Positions 1 to 12,057 of a stretch of DNA of 64,000 nt are shown in pieces; within the stretch, counting starts at the first letter, position 1; each line of letters starts with the position of its first letter. The DNA lies in the NCBI GenBank assembly GCA_030770535.1, contig JASVEC010000021.1, forward strand, positions 434,001 to 498,000, given 5' to 3'. Made by a program: the position numbers and the translations under genes. The notes beneath the pieces are model-generated. The model was not told the origin of the DNA. It saw only the letters and a list, made by a program, of their open reading frames with translations, and did not search any database. This stretch comes from Batkoa obscura. Lineage: Eukaryota.

Positions 1-659
1 TTGTTGATCATTCAATCTGGTATATCTTATCATAGCACATCGACTTTGAATGGGTTCGATAATTTTACTAGACAAGTTACAAGCCAAAGCGAAACGAGTG
101 GTTGTTGAATAAATTTCCATCGTTCTTCTTAAAGCTTGCTGCGCTCCTGCTACCATACTATCCGCTTCGTCTAAAATCACAATTTTATGTAAACCTTGTG
201 GGAGATTTACTTTTTTCTGAGCAAACATCTTAATTCGGTTTCTTACTACGTCGATACCCCTTTCTTTGTTTATTTTTATTTATCCTGTGCTAATTATTAT
301 CAATTACCTATCATCTGAAGCATTCAATTCAAGAACACACTCACTAAATTTATCTTTTAAAATTTGTCTTGCCAAACAAAGGATTGAAGTTGTTTTTCCT
401 ATTCCAGGTGATCCCTAAGTTTTTTTAAATAAGAAATGATTTACTTATTTAATAATATAAATTTATTACCGATAAAATAATATTTGGCATGTTGCCATCA
501 CTAGCAATCACTTTTAATCTTTGAATAGTTTCTTCATTTCCAACGATATCATCCAAAACGATTGGGCGGTATTTTTCTACCCTTAACTAGTTAATCATAT
601 GTTAATTCATATTGTGTTGTGTTGTACCATGGTAAATTCAAATCATTAGCAGTAACCAT
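1..659 (-). CDS. RFC4: Replication factor C small subunit (yeast RFC4 / human RFC2), 3' end outside window
   Basis: Spliced over 3 introns: [76 protein letters not shown]. Confidence 0.95.
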
Positions 660-946
660 TGTTGTATAATTTGAATAATTAAATTACGTTTTTCACAGCA
701 AATTGATTTTATAAGAGTTATCCAAATATGGATAATTAGTCCTTATTGCAACTTTTGCAACTTAAGGCTCAGTTTAAAATTTGGGATGGTTTATAAAATT
801 GAAATTTTATTCGGTTTTAATAGAATACTAATAAATTAAATTGAAGGTATTAAACTATAATATTAAATGAGCAATTATTTTGATAGTTATAAATAATATG
901 ATATGAACAAAAAATAAACTTGAATTAATTGATTTTAAGGGTTAGG

Positions 947-2026
947 ATGGCAACTGTTTCAATCAAAAACTTATTTAGAATTAACGCTGTAAAAGGTATA
1001 TTTTAAGCTCTTAATAATCGAATAATAGTTAAAAACTCAGGTGCTAGATATCTCTCGTATGTTTCCAAAGTTCAAAATAACTTTGATTCAACGATAAACA
1101 AATCGATACCTGCTTCTTCAATAGCATCAACTGCTTCTACTTCAGGCTCCATAAATATTAAAGAAAGATATAATAGCTTAGGTAATAAAAATAAAAATGA
1201 GCAGTGACCATTATTTATTATATAATTCCAAAAGTTAACTCTTTTTTTAGTTCCAAGTTTTGAAGATATTGGAACCGTACAATTAGATTCTGAGTCATTA
1301 GAACAACCAGAGGAGTTCAATCCTACCGAATTAACTATGGCAAAGATGTTAGCTTCAGGTTTACATTTAGGTAGCAGTACCGAACTTTGGAACCCAAAAA
1401 ATTTGCCATTTATCTTTGGTTCAAGAGCAGATATTAATATTTTTAATCTTGAAGCAACTATGTCTTATCTTAAAAGAGCTTGTGCTTTTACAAGAGAAGT
1501 AGCATTTAACAATGGTATCATTTTGTTTTTATCTTCTAAACCTGAATTCGCTTCTGCTACCGTTAAAGCAGCTCAGCGCTCTAACTCCTATTATGTCTAT
1601 CATAAATGGGTACCTGGAGCTATTTCAAATAGAGAATCTGTTTTAGGTTCAAAGTCTTTTGTTTATTATGAAGGAGAACAAATCGAATATAAAAATTACA
1701 AGCCAGATTTATTGATTGTTGCCAATTATCAAGATAATAAAAAAGCAATCGCTGAAGCTACTCGATATAATATTCCAACAATTGCTATTATAGATTCGGA
1801 TCAAGATCCTGCTGGAGTTACCTATCCTATCCCTGGTAATGATGATTCAGTTAAAGGAATTGAACTTGTGTTTGGATTATTATCAACTGCTGCTAGAGAT
1901 GGAATGGCTAAAAGAGAATATTTGGCTAAAAAGGAAGTTGAAAAAGAATCCAAAAAAGCTGATTTAGACTCAAAAGTAAAAGAAATTAAACCAGAAGAAA
2001 AAGAAACATATGCGTTTGATCCTTAA
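947..2026 (+). CDS. MRP4: Mitochondrial ribosomal protein uS2m
   Basis: S2 motifs (GLHLG..WNP, IPTIAIIDSD.DP.GVTYPIPGNDDS); two upstream exons (ATG 947; introns ~996-1040 and ~1172-1250) add a presequence-like N-terminus. Confidence 0.92.
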
Positions 2027-2244
2027 GTAGTTAAAGCTCAAGATATAAAAAAGTAGAATAAATTAAATAAACATTTAAAAATAAACCATGTATTGTTTTA
2101 TTATGCTTGTTCAATGAGTTTTTAGGCAGTATTGTTGAATTCAAGTCAAATGCCATACTTAAAGTTAAAGCTGGGAAGATTTAGTTTTATCATTTATTAA
2201 TATAACTTCAGTGACTTTAAGTTAATCTACTCAAACTATGGAGA

Positions 2245-3252
2245 CTATAATAGCTGTTTTAGATCTTCATCTAGTTCGTGAATTTTAATTTCGTTATCTT
2301 GTACTTTATAAAATAATGATTTAGCAAATGTTATTTTAAGATAAAAAAGCTTACCCATATCAATAGTTGTAGTGTCATTAGTATTATTAAGAATTGAAGG
2401 AGCGTAAAAGAAGTGATCTAACATTTGATTGTAAATAAGTTTGGTTTCAGATAAATAATTTTTAGCTTTAGCATAAATGGTTTGATGGGTTAGGTTTGTT
2501 TGATCATAATCTTTCAGTATTTCTTTTAATAAATGAGAATGAAGTAAACTCTTTTCTAGTATCAATACATTGCTGAAACTAAAAATTATTATCAGCGAAT
2601 TTCATTTTTGTCAGCAACTACGTTTACCTTTTTGATTCAATACTTAGTTGGCTAACACTTAAAACAATTAAGTTTATTAACTCAAACACTGCTTTAGTAC
2701 TAAACTATTAGTATTACAAAATCTAACAAAAGGGATCTATTACCCTTCACTCATTTTTCTAAAAACTGATAAGTCATCAATAACAATAAGGGTAGGGCAT
2801 TTATGACTAATTAAATACAAGTTTAAAAATGATAAAAATGCTTTAAAGGCTGGGACATCTAGTATAGTTCTAATGAATAACTTATTAATAATTTAGTTGA
2901 TATTTTCAATAACTTACATAATTTTCCACTCAACTATTGAGCTGGGATCCTTGATCTCAGTTAAAAACTTATTTTTATAATACTTTGCATCTTGCTGCTT
3001 ATTTGTAATAAGCCAATATTCTTGATATTCAATATTGTGGTCCTTCTTGAAACTACTCAATAGTTTATCAATTACATAAGTAAATTGATCCTTTTTTTCC
3101 AAAAATAGCATCGAACTGGTCCTTTTATCATTTATAACTTTAGTTAAGAACGTATTAAATGAGATGCTTTCTCTTTGTTGAAGTTCATTTTTTAACTCCT
3201 TATGATAGTCATCAATTATACTAATATTTGACAACTCTCTATCCATCCTCAT
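2245..3252 (-). CDS. Hypothetical protein (~290 aa, 4 exons), possible degenerate RecA-fold / SWSAP1-like
   Basis: ORFs 2914-3258 and 2245-2565 join in frame through two internal exons with GT-AG introns; contains FLNLYLISHKCPTLIVIDDLS (Walker-B-like). Confidence 0.6.
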
Positions 3253-3325
3253 TTCCAATCAATTATGTATACTTTATTAGCTATTTTCAATAATTAAAAT
3301 GCAAAGAGATTAAAACCAAAAAGTC

Positions 3326-3430
3326 ATATGGGAATGTATTTTTGTGGTTAAGAATTTTATTGACAATCTTTCTGGTCAAATAGTGCTTAAAAGAGAAAAA
3401 GTAATGAAGCTAAAAAAAACACCTCTATAT
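3326..3430 (+). mobile_element. ~105-bp MITE family copy
   Basis: ATATGGGAATGTATTTTTG...AAAAAAAACACCTCTATAT; shared core aagaatttta..caaatagtgcttaaaa. Confidence 0.85.
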
Positions 3431-3684
3431 TTAAATAAATTTATAGCCTAAAAATAGCATTGAAGCTATTTAATAGTTATAAGTTTTATTTCTTATTTAA
3501 GCTATAAATTAAAAATTAATATAAAGAGTTAATTTCTATACTCATATTACTATTAATATTTGGAGTTTAATAGCATTAGCTATAAATTAACTTTATATTG
3601 TTAACTAATATACAAATAACAATTTCATCAACTATCAAATTACAAACATGAATCTATTTACCATTAGTAAAATTTATTGGAAAC

Positions 3685-4174
3685 TTAGTGGGAACTGAAG
3701 TATTCCATGAGGACGTTGTAAGCCTCGGAATCTTGCTGGAGCTCCTTGACAACAACAACGGAGGCTCCTACGACCTTACGAGGGTTACCTTCACGGTCGA
3801 TCTTGCAGAGACCGGCCCATTCACCGAGCTTTTTGGCATCAGAAACTTTGATGAGATTAATATTGTGTTCAGCGCATAAAGCTTCAACAAGTTTAATATA
3901 TTCTCCTTCGGTACAACCTTCGTTTAAAACGCAAAGGGAAGCTTGACGACGGTCAAGAACCTTAGCGCATTCACGGATACCACGAACAAGGTTATCAGTT
4001 ACGATAGCTTGTTTGAGGACAGCTTGTAAAGCTTCTTCAATGGACATCTTTCCACGTGGAGCAGCATCGGCGGCAACTTCAACTTCCTCAACATTAACGA
4101 CCACATCATTTCTGCAAGGTTATTTAGATAAATTTATATCAATAAAGTGAATTATATTACCCTTCGGCAGACAT
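3685..4174 (-). CDS. RPS12: 40S ribosomal protein S12 (eS12)
   Basis: [29 protein letters not shown]; short first exon MSAEG plus one intron. Confidence 0.97.
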
Positions 4175-4959
4175 TTTTAGTTATTTATATATTTTTTAAA
4201 TACAGAAATCCTCACTAAATTGGATGATTAGAATTTATTGTGTTTTTTGATATTTTATAAGTTACATGAGTGGTTTAAAAAACAGGGAATGAAAATTTTT
4301 TGCAAATGAAAAACTTTTAAGCAAAAAATTCAAAGCGTGTTAATTGGATAGAATCATATCTTCGATAATTATGGGAAATTGTTATCTGATATTAAGCCTG
4401 GGGCAAAATTCAAGGGACAATTTGGTTTCATTAATATTTAATACATGTTATAATAAAGTAATAGTTTTTATTATCTCTTTGTGAACATTAATTAAATCCA
4501 AAGATATCATAATTTTAAAACCTCTATTCAACCTGTCTGTTGTTATAAATATGATAGCTTGTTTAAAGCTTTTAAACAAACATGGTAAATAACGTTTATT
4601 AACAAAATTTAAATTATAGTATAAATATTTGGCAGGGGCTTGTAATGAATTTAAATCAAATAATAATAAAAATAGAATAGACTTTACAACTGACTAGATT
4701 ATTTTAGACATTGATAAAATTCTATAATTTATTTAGAGTTACATAATAAACAATGTTCGGTATATGTCATTAAAAGCTTATCATACTTGATGTCAAAAGT
4801 ATACTAAAACTAAAAATTTAACTACAAATAAAGAATATTTAACTAATATTAAGTATTTATTTAAAACAGTATAGCTTACGAAGCTAATTAAGAAATGTAG
4901 AAATTTAAACCAACTATCTTTTTACATTATATAATAAGTGACAATAATAAGCTTTCCTT

Positions 4960-6684
4960 TTAAAACATGTTTTTTAAAAGTAGTCGATCACCAACGTCTG
5001 AAACAATGGCTAGAGCTTTATCCAAATCTTCTTTAGTATGGGAAGCTGATAAACAGAAACGTACTCTACCAGTAATAAGAGGGGTAGCAGGATAAGTTAC
5101 GACCACTACAGCTAAACCTCTATTCAAACATTCTCTAGAGAAAGCAGCAATTTTCGAGGGATGGAACAACATAAGTGGTATGACTGGAGAATCCCCGTTA
5201 CCAGTGACAGTGAAACCCATAGCTTTGAGTTCTGAGAAGAAGTATCTAGAATTAAAAGCCAATTGTTCAAGTTTACGCTGTCCTAAATCACCACCTTGTA
5301 ATCCCATGATGACCCTCATTGAAGAATTGACTTGTTGTAATACTGGGATTTGCATTGGCTCTGCATAGATACTATTGTGATTTGTAATGCGTACTTTATC
5401 AATAAGTTCTTTGCTACCTGCAATATAACCTCCTGCTGCTCCAAAACTTTTAGTAAAGGTACCCATCATAACATCAATATGTGCTGGATCAACACCTAAA
5501 TAATCACATGTACCTCTACCACGTGGTCCGAGGGCTCCAATTGAATGAGCCTCATCTAAATAGATATAAAATTTGTATTTTTGTTTCAATTGGATGATCT
5601 CTTGTAAAATAGGGATGGAACCTTCCATACTATAAATTCCTTCTATAATCAATAGGATTTTTTTCCATGGGCGATGAGTACGTGGTTGACCTTGAGAAAT
5701 CGAAAAGCGTAATGTAGCTTCAAGATCTACAACATCATTATGTTTGAATGTACGAATATTAGCACCAGACAATCTAGCACCAGTAACAATAGAGCAGTGA
5801 TTAAGTTCATCTGAGATAATTAAGGAACCTTTACCAACTAAAATTGGGATAGTTGTTGAGTTGGTTGAAAAGCCCTGAGATTGAATGATTGCATCTTCTT
5901 TACCGACAAAACTAGCTAACATCTTTTCAGTTTCAAGTAAAAATTGACAAAGCCCAACTTCATTACGTGTAGTGTTTGAAGTTATTCCATTTTGTTTAAC
6001 ACACTCGATCACTTGATCTGCACATACACCTTCCTTTTCTGAAAATCCCAAATAATTATATGATGCTAGATTAAGGCATTCTATCGATTTTCCAGTATAG
6101 CTATTAAATTTTAGATAATATAATAATTATAAAAGTAATTGACTTACGTATAAGTCTTGTTATAATCATCACTCTTTCTTTCTAAAACTTTAACGGTACG
6201 ACTAGCTACTCCAGTGGTAGGACGAGAAAAACAATCTCTAATACGCATATACAATCTACGATGAAACATTGAATCAAAACCATCAACAATAGGAGCATAA
6301 CCCTAAAAATCGATTAAAATTGTTGTAAAAAATAGAAAAGGATCAAATTACATTTCTATGGGCATAAGGAGTATATTCGGAACTCTTAAAAATTTTACCG
6401 AAAAAATCTCTGACATGACCAACAAACACTAAGAGAGAATAACTGAAATAAGTGGTTAAAAGTACAAACAAGGGAATGTCATGTAGCTTTTCAGGGTCAG
6501 TTTGAACTGGGGTTTTAGCATCAGGTAAAGGAGCTTTTTTTAAAATATTAGGATTAAGTCCTTTTTGGTTAAATGGGGAATTTGAATGTGAACCAGAGCT
6601 TAAAGGTGGTGAATATAATTGATTCGTTACCGTTACTTTAGGGTCCTTTGGACTTATCTTATTACTTCTTTTTCCTATCCCCAT
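4960..6684 (-). CDS. LCB2: Serine palmitoyltransferase subunit 2
   Basis: 3 exons; NLASYNYLGF, DELNHCSI, DEAHSIGA, PLP lysine motif GTFTKSFG. Confidence 0.96.
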
Positions 6685-8405
6685 TTTTTAATTAAAAAAA
6701 GTTAATCGATTAACTCCGTTCAAATACTTTTTGTTTACCCAGATCCAATTTGATTGGTGGAAAGAGATTGAACCCACTATTAGCCAATTTGCTGGTGGGG
6801 TATCTATCATTGATTGATTGGCTTAAGGTTTTAAAGCAGAACATTTAGTCTAAGCTGGGTAATATTTAAAGACTTTTTCTCAAATTGGGGTTAAATTGAT
6901 TGAAAAAGTTAAGGAAACTGAAACTATTGGTGATAATTAATTAAATGGGATAATTGGAAAGATATAATACAAATTAAAGTTTTCTTTCTCTATCAAAGTT
7001 CATATTAAAAAATACTTTGTTATAAACTATAAGGTAACATTGAGTTTATTATAAATATGTAAGGGCAGATAAAAAGCTTATCAACAGTTATAGTTATGAT
7101 TTGATGGATTCTATTAGTCAATTAAACCACTAATTCATTATTGTTATTTAAACTTACTAAATAAAGAAAGTCATAAAAATTATTAATAAAAACTAGCTGA
7201 CAAAAAGTTTAATTTGACTTATCACTTTTTACGTGTTAAAATGAAATAATTTTTATAAAATACAAAGTCAATTAAATGATTAGCAGGAGGGAAATAGTTT
7301 GTTTTGCAAAAAGTTATAAATTTTATAAAATTCAAACCAATTAAATTATTGCTATTGATAAAATAATTTAATGTAAAAAAAGAGATCATTTTGTTATATA
7401 AAATAATATTGTATAAGAATCGGCTTTTTTTTAAAAAAAGGTTATGCCTAAAAGGCTTGAAAATTAGTGAAAATTATTAGTAATAATTTGGCTAATATAA
7501 AAAATGGTTATGAATCAAAATAAATTAGTCCAATTTAATATTCAAAATGATACAGCTAGCTTAAACTAATTGTGATTCTTTAGCGATAATTTTTATAGCT
7601 GAGCAGAGTTTATTAAACTTAAAGTCTAGGTTCTTAAATTTTAGTTTAACTTTAGCTAAAATTTATTTAAAATGAATTGTTAAGAAGGGTCATACACCTC
7701 TAAATTGAAGAGCATTTGCCAATTCTAATTTTTATCCAAATTACATAAGTCATAGATTTCTTAGAAATTTATAATATTTTATTATTACTACAATATCATA
7801 TTATTAGGTTTTAAAACTAATTTAAGTAGTCATTATTACATTTCTTAATTTCTCTTAAATATTAGTTTGAGCCTGGTTTTCAGAATGTAAGTTTTATCAA
7901 TGTGACGTGTACTTCCTTCTTTTTAATGCTTTACTCGGTTCTTAATAAAATAAAAAATAATTCGCAAGTTCGTTGATTGAAAAAATATAATACATTTGCT
8001 TTAAAAACTACAGTATTAAACTTGGAGATGTTACTAAAAAAACAAAATTCATTCTTTGGCTAATCAATAGCATTTTAAAGTTGCTTCTGGATAAAAAATA
8101 ATTGAATACTGTTAAAGTAAATAAAAAATCGTTTCAGTGTTAGAGTTAACTAACACTTCTCATGTTAAACAGTGATATATACGAGAAATATTATTAACAA
8201 AATTCTACATGTATATAGATAGATTACAGTCTGTTATTTGCTTTTTTTAGTTTGATTTATCTGATAGTTTTGCTATCAATTTAATTTGAATGGGCTAATA
8301 AAAAATAACATATATCTATTCAGATTTTTATTTTATTATATATTATGATTATTAATAGGCTTAAAATATGGTGTCTTTTTACTACTAAAAAACCTGAGCT
8401 ATTAG

Positions 8406-8510
8406 ATATGGGGATGTATTTTTTTGTTTAAGAATTTTACTAGCAATCTTTCTACTCAAATAGCGCTTAAAAAATGGAAAAATAATGAAACCAAAAAAAT
8501 AGCCTCATAT
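8406..8510 (+). mobile_element. ~105-bp MITE family copy
   Basis: ATATGGGGATGTATTTTTTTG...CCAAAAAAATAGCCTCATAT. Confidence 0.9.
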
Positions 8511-8572
8511 TTTAAGTTTCTACTTTTAAAAGAACATAAAGGTTATCAAAGATAGCCCTAGTTATAAAATAT

Positions 8573-8679
8573 ATACAGGGGTGTTTTTTTTGGCTTCATT
8601 ATTTTTTCCATCTTTTAAGCGCTATTTGGGCGGAAAAATTATTAGCAAAATTCTTAAACATAGAAATACATCCTCATAT
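8573..8679 (-). mobile_element. ~105-bp MITE family copy, inverted relative to the 8406 copy
   Basis: Reverse complement of the family consensus; ends ACATCCTCATAT. Confidence 0.88.
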
Positions 8680-9288
8680 TATAACCAAAAAGAAAGTTGA
8701 GTTTTATCTATAGAATGAAACGTAATATTTGATAATTTTTCAATTAAATCTTTTTTTAAAAAAATATTGTAGTAAATAGGATTTATTATCAAATTTATCT
8801 AAGCATTAAAAAAAGCATCTCATTTTTTTGCACATATATGTAAGTGCTCTATGAGATGATAACAGACTTACATGAAAAGATATAGCTAATATTATTTGAT
8901 TTTGAGATATTAAAAGTAAAAAAGAGTTTTTATACTACGTTCAGATTAAATATTAACGTGGCACATTATAATTGAATAAAGTTCTATTAGTTCCAAGTTT
9001 TACATAAAAGTTTATACTATTCTTTGAAAAAAATCGAGCTTTTTGAACAGTTCATTCATCCTATTACAATAACCAAATGGAGCCAGATCATTGAAAAAGA
9101 ACTTTTCAGTATTTAATATTAAGTCCAAAGCACTTAATGGATTAAAAGAATTTTTATTTTACTGATTAACTAAACTATATATATTGATGAAAGATAAAGT
9201 TCAACAAGGAAGAGTAGAGTTTTTTGTAAAAGTTATAATTTTGTTGACTTGATACTTTTTAGGATTTTAAGAAATTTGCAAACACAAG

Positions 9289-9391
9289 ATGGGGGATGTA
9301 ACCTTTTATTTAAGGATTTTACTAACAATTTTTCCACTCGAATAGTACTTAAGAAACAGGCAAAGTAATGAAACCGAGAAAAACGCCCTAA
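9289..9391 (+). mobile_element. ~105-bp MITE family copy (diverged)
   Basis: ATGGGGGATGTA..ttttactaacaatttttcc..aatagtacttaagaaa..gtaatgaaacc..AAACGCCCTA. Confidence 0.8.
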
Positions 9392-9545
9392 GGTACTAAA
9401 TTTATAAAAGCTTTATTCTATAAACTCTTGTCTCTTTATACTGATCCCAATACAACTTTCACATTCTATTAATAGACTGTAAAGAACCTCCAGTCATAAA
9501 AAAGGTCTCAAGATAATAAACTCCATTTGAATAGAAGAATAAGAG

Positions 9546-9594
9546 TAATCATATGAAAGAATGAAGAACAATAATCATATGAAAGAATGAAGAA
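9546..9594. repeat. Tandem duplication of a 23-mer (period 26)
   Basis: taatcatatgaaagaatgaagaa present twice. Confidence 0.9.
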
Positions 9595-9889
9595 ATTCGT
9601 ATATACTTAAATTTACCTACGTATTATAACAAAAGTATATAAGCATTCGAATATGACAGCTACTTATTATCTATTAAATTTTAAGTCAAATGCTCAAGAT
9701 GAATATATTTTACTTAATCGTCCAACTTTTCAGTCTTAGTGTACATTTATTTTATAATGTAGTTTATTAAATTTAATTTTATTCAAACTAGTATGTAAAT
9801 TCGATTGTTTTTTCGATAAAAGCAAAGTAATTTTTTATAGTTAATTAATATAGCTACTAATAAAAAGGAATTATATTAAAATTGGAAAT

Positions 9890-10702
9890 ATGAGCGATAA
9901 GTCTTATAGCTACAATGATTTAAATCAAAATAATCGCTTTGATTTAATTACACCTTTGAACTATACTTCTAATTCGCCTTTATTGCTGTGGATTCCAAGT
10001 GGTGGTTGGGTATCAGAAGATATAGAACCAAGTAGATTAATGGCAGCTGATTTAGCTAAGAATTATGGTATTGTGACTGCTATAGTTCACTATTGTTTAA
10101 GTCAAAAAGGGGGAAGTAATCATATTAAACATCCAAGCCATATTAAAGACATATTGAATGCTTTCTTTAATATCACTTCTTCACTAAATCGCTTCAACCT
10201 AAAAGATAGTAAAATAATTGTTGGGGGTCATTCTGCAGGTGCTCATTTAAGTGCATTGTTGGCATTAGATCCTAATCAGTACATCAATAATAGTAATAAT
10301 AAGCTGTTAAATCAAATCAAAGGGGTGATATCCATCGGAGGCATTTTTGATTTAGAATTATTAGCTAAGCAAGATAGTTCATATATTCATCAATTTATTG
10401 AACCAGCATTTGGTATTAATGAATCAGGTTCATGGAACCAAGCATCTCCACAGCATAGTATTACTTCTGATTCTTTAAATAAGATTCATTATACTAGATT
10501 ACCAAAGTATTTATTAATTGATTCCATTGAAGATACACTTGTTGATTCTCAACAAACAACACAATTTGCTAAACATTTGAACGATGTTGGATTAAAAAAA
10601 GTTAATGTTATCCAAGGTAAATTTGGTCAACATGATCAAATTCCTACTTATAATATAGTACAAAATAGTATTGCTAAATTTATATTAGAACAAATAAAGT
10701 AA
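9890..10702 (+). CDS. Alpha/beta hydrolase, kynurenine formamidase/HSL-like, intronless
   Basis: GHSAG nucleophile elbow, KHPSHIKD, ASP, EDTLV, GQHD catalytic triad pattern. Confidence 0.85.
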   Translation: MSDKSYSYNDLNQNNRFDLITPLNYTSNSPLLLWIPSGGWVSEDIEPSRLMAADLAKNYGIVTAIVHYCLSQKGGSNHIKHPSHIKDILNAFFNITSSLNRFNLKDSKIIVGGHSAGAHLSALLALDPNQYINNSNNKLLNQIKGVISIGGIFDLELLAKQDSSYIHQFIEPAFGINESGSWNQASPQHSITSDSLNKIHYTRLPKYLLIDSIEDTLVDSQQTTQFAKHLNDVGLKKVNVIQGKFGQHDQIPTYNIVQNSIAKFILEQIK

Positions 10703-10725
10703 CGCTTTAAAATACCAACTTAATA

Positions 10726-10831
10726 ATATGGGGATACTTTTTTTGATTTCATTACTTTTTCCATTTTTAAGCGCTATTTGAATGGAAAAATTGCTAGTAA
10801 AATTCTTAAGCAAAAAAATACATCCCCATAT
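10726..10831 (-). mobile_element. ~105-bp MITE family copy (well preserved TIRs)
   Basis: AATATGGGGATAC...ACATCCCCATATT; lies 23 bp after the hydrolase stop. Confidence 0.92.
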
Positions 10832-11124
10832 TATATTCTAAATAATTTAAAATTTTAATCTTTAAAATAGTAAATAATTAGCAAATTCTCAATAACCCAA
10901 GTTATTAAAACGTACTAAACATAAGTGAATCTCATGTTAAAAATAAAATTTATAATTTAATAAAGAGTTAACGATGTCTTTTAAGGTAGATCCTTAAAAT
11001 AGATACTAGTAGCACTTTAGTTTATACCAATGGACTATGCTCATCTAATATTTATAAGCCTCAGCTGTAAACAAAACGCTTAATGCTGCTAGCAAGTATT
11101 TTAAACTTTTTTAACAGAAATATA

Positions 11125-11231
11125 ATATGGGAATGTGTTTTTTTGTCTAACAATTTTATTAACAATTTTTCCATTTAAATAGCACTTAAGAAATAGAAAA
11201 AGTGAAGTGAAAAAACATCCCCCTCCCATAT
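11125..11231 (+). mobile_element. ~105-bp MITE family copy
   Basis: ATATGGGAATGTGTTTTTTTG...AAAAAACATCCCCCTCCCATAT. Confidence 0.85.
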
Positions 11232-11627
11232 GCTAAATAAATTTAAGTATTTTAGTATCATTCAATTAATGGAATTTGCTCATTATTTATTGTAATTTGA
11301 ACATAAGTATTGAGAGAAATGGTGTACTATATTATCCCTCAAGTTTTCTTTTTCAATACAAAATTACTATTCAATACACACTTACAAAAAAAATAGTTCA
11401 AATATTTATTTAGTTTTTCTATAGCTTGACTACGATATCAAATCAATATAAACCAGTTCTTTATTCTAACATTATATTCAACTAATTTCACATGAGTGAA
11501 CCTAAACAATTTCACTTATAAATTTAAAAATAACGAAACAAATGCATTTTTTGCTAATTTTTAAAAAGTTGACATATTTTCAATCAAAATTCATTAGCCT
11601 AAACTATTTTTAGACTTCTTTTTAAAA

Positions 11628-12047
11628 ATGAATACCACCACCAATCTTGGTACAAACTCCAAAAATTATTATGAGCTATTAAACTGTGCTTCTCATCATA
11701 GTATTGAACAAATAAGAAAAGAGTATCAATTATTAAGTTTAAAATATCATCCAGATAAACAAAGAGGTAGTAATGAAGATCAATTTAAACAGATTAATGA
11801 AGCTTATAATATTTTAAAAGATGAAAAAATGAGAAAAAAATATGATCAATGGTTATTTTCTGGTCTCCAAATAGCTTGGAAAGACTATGTTCTATTACCA
11901 GAAGCTATGAAGGTAACCCATTGGTCTAATTTTAATAAAACATTGACGATTGAAGATAAAAATAATAATGAATACAAAATTAATAATATAGACAATAACA
12001 GTAATAATGATGATTTAATAACTAAATTTCGCAATTATCAACTATGA
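11628..12047 (+). CDS. DNAJC12: J-domain co-chaperone, DNAJC12/JDP1-like
   Basis: J domain (NYYELLNC..HPDK), YDQW..W..VTHW, C-terminus DDLITKFRNYQL resembling the DNAJC12 end KFRNYEI. Confidence 0.85.
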   Translation: MNTTTNLGTNSKNYYELLNCASHHSIEQIRKEYQLLSLKYHPDKQRGSNEDQFKQINEAYNILKDEKMRKKYDQWLFSGLQIAWKDYVLLPEAMKVTHWSNFNKTLTIEDKNNNEYKINNIDNNSNNDDLITKFRNYQL

Positions 12048-12057
12048 ATTTTTTATT

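Noticed and set aside
718..764. TTATCCA-AATA-TGGATAA palindrome and TTGCAACTT direct repeat in the RFC4/MRP4 divergent promoter
   Set aside because: Too short to distinguish from chance in AT-rich DNA
1072..1320. Antisense or overlapping short ORFs in the track (also 3688, 3746, 5180, 12538, 15848, 24785, 38175, 45920, 60511, 61287)
   Set aside because: Shadows of real genes on the opposite strand or another frame
3326..11231. Dispersed repeats as a CRISPR array or tRNA-derived SINE
   Set aside because: No regular repeat-spacer periodicity or cas genes; no Pol III A/B boxes or polyA tail; TIR structure fits a MITE
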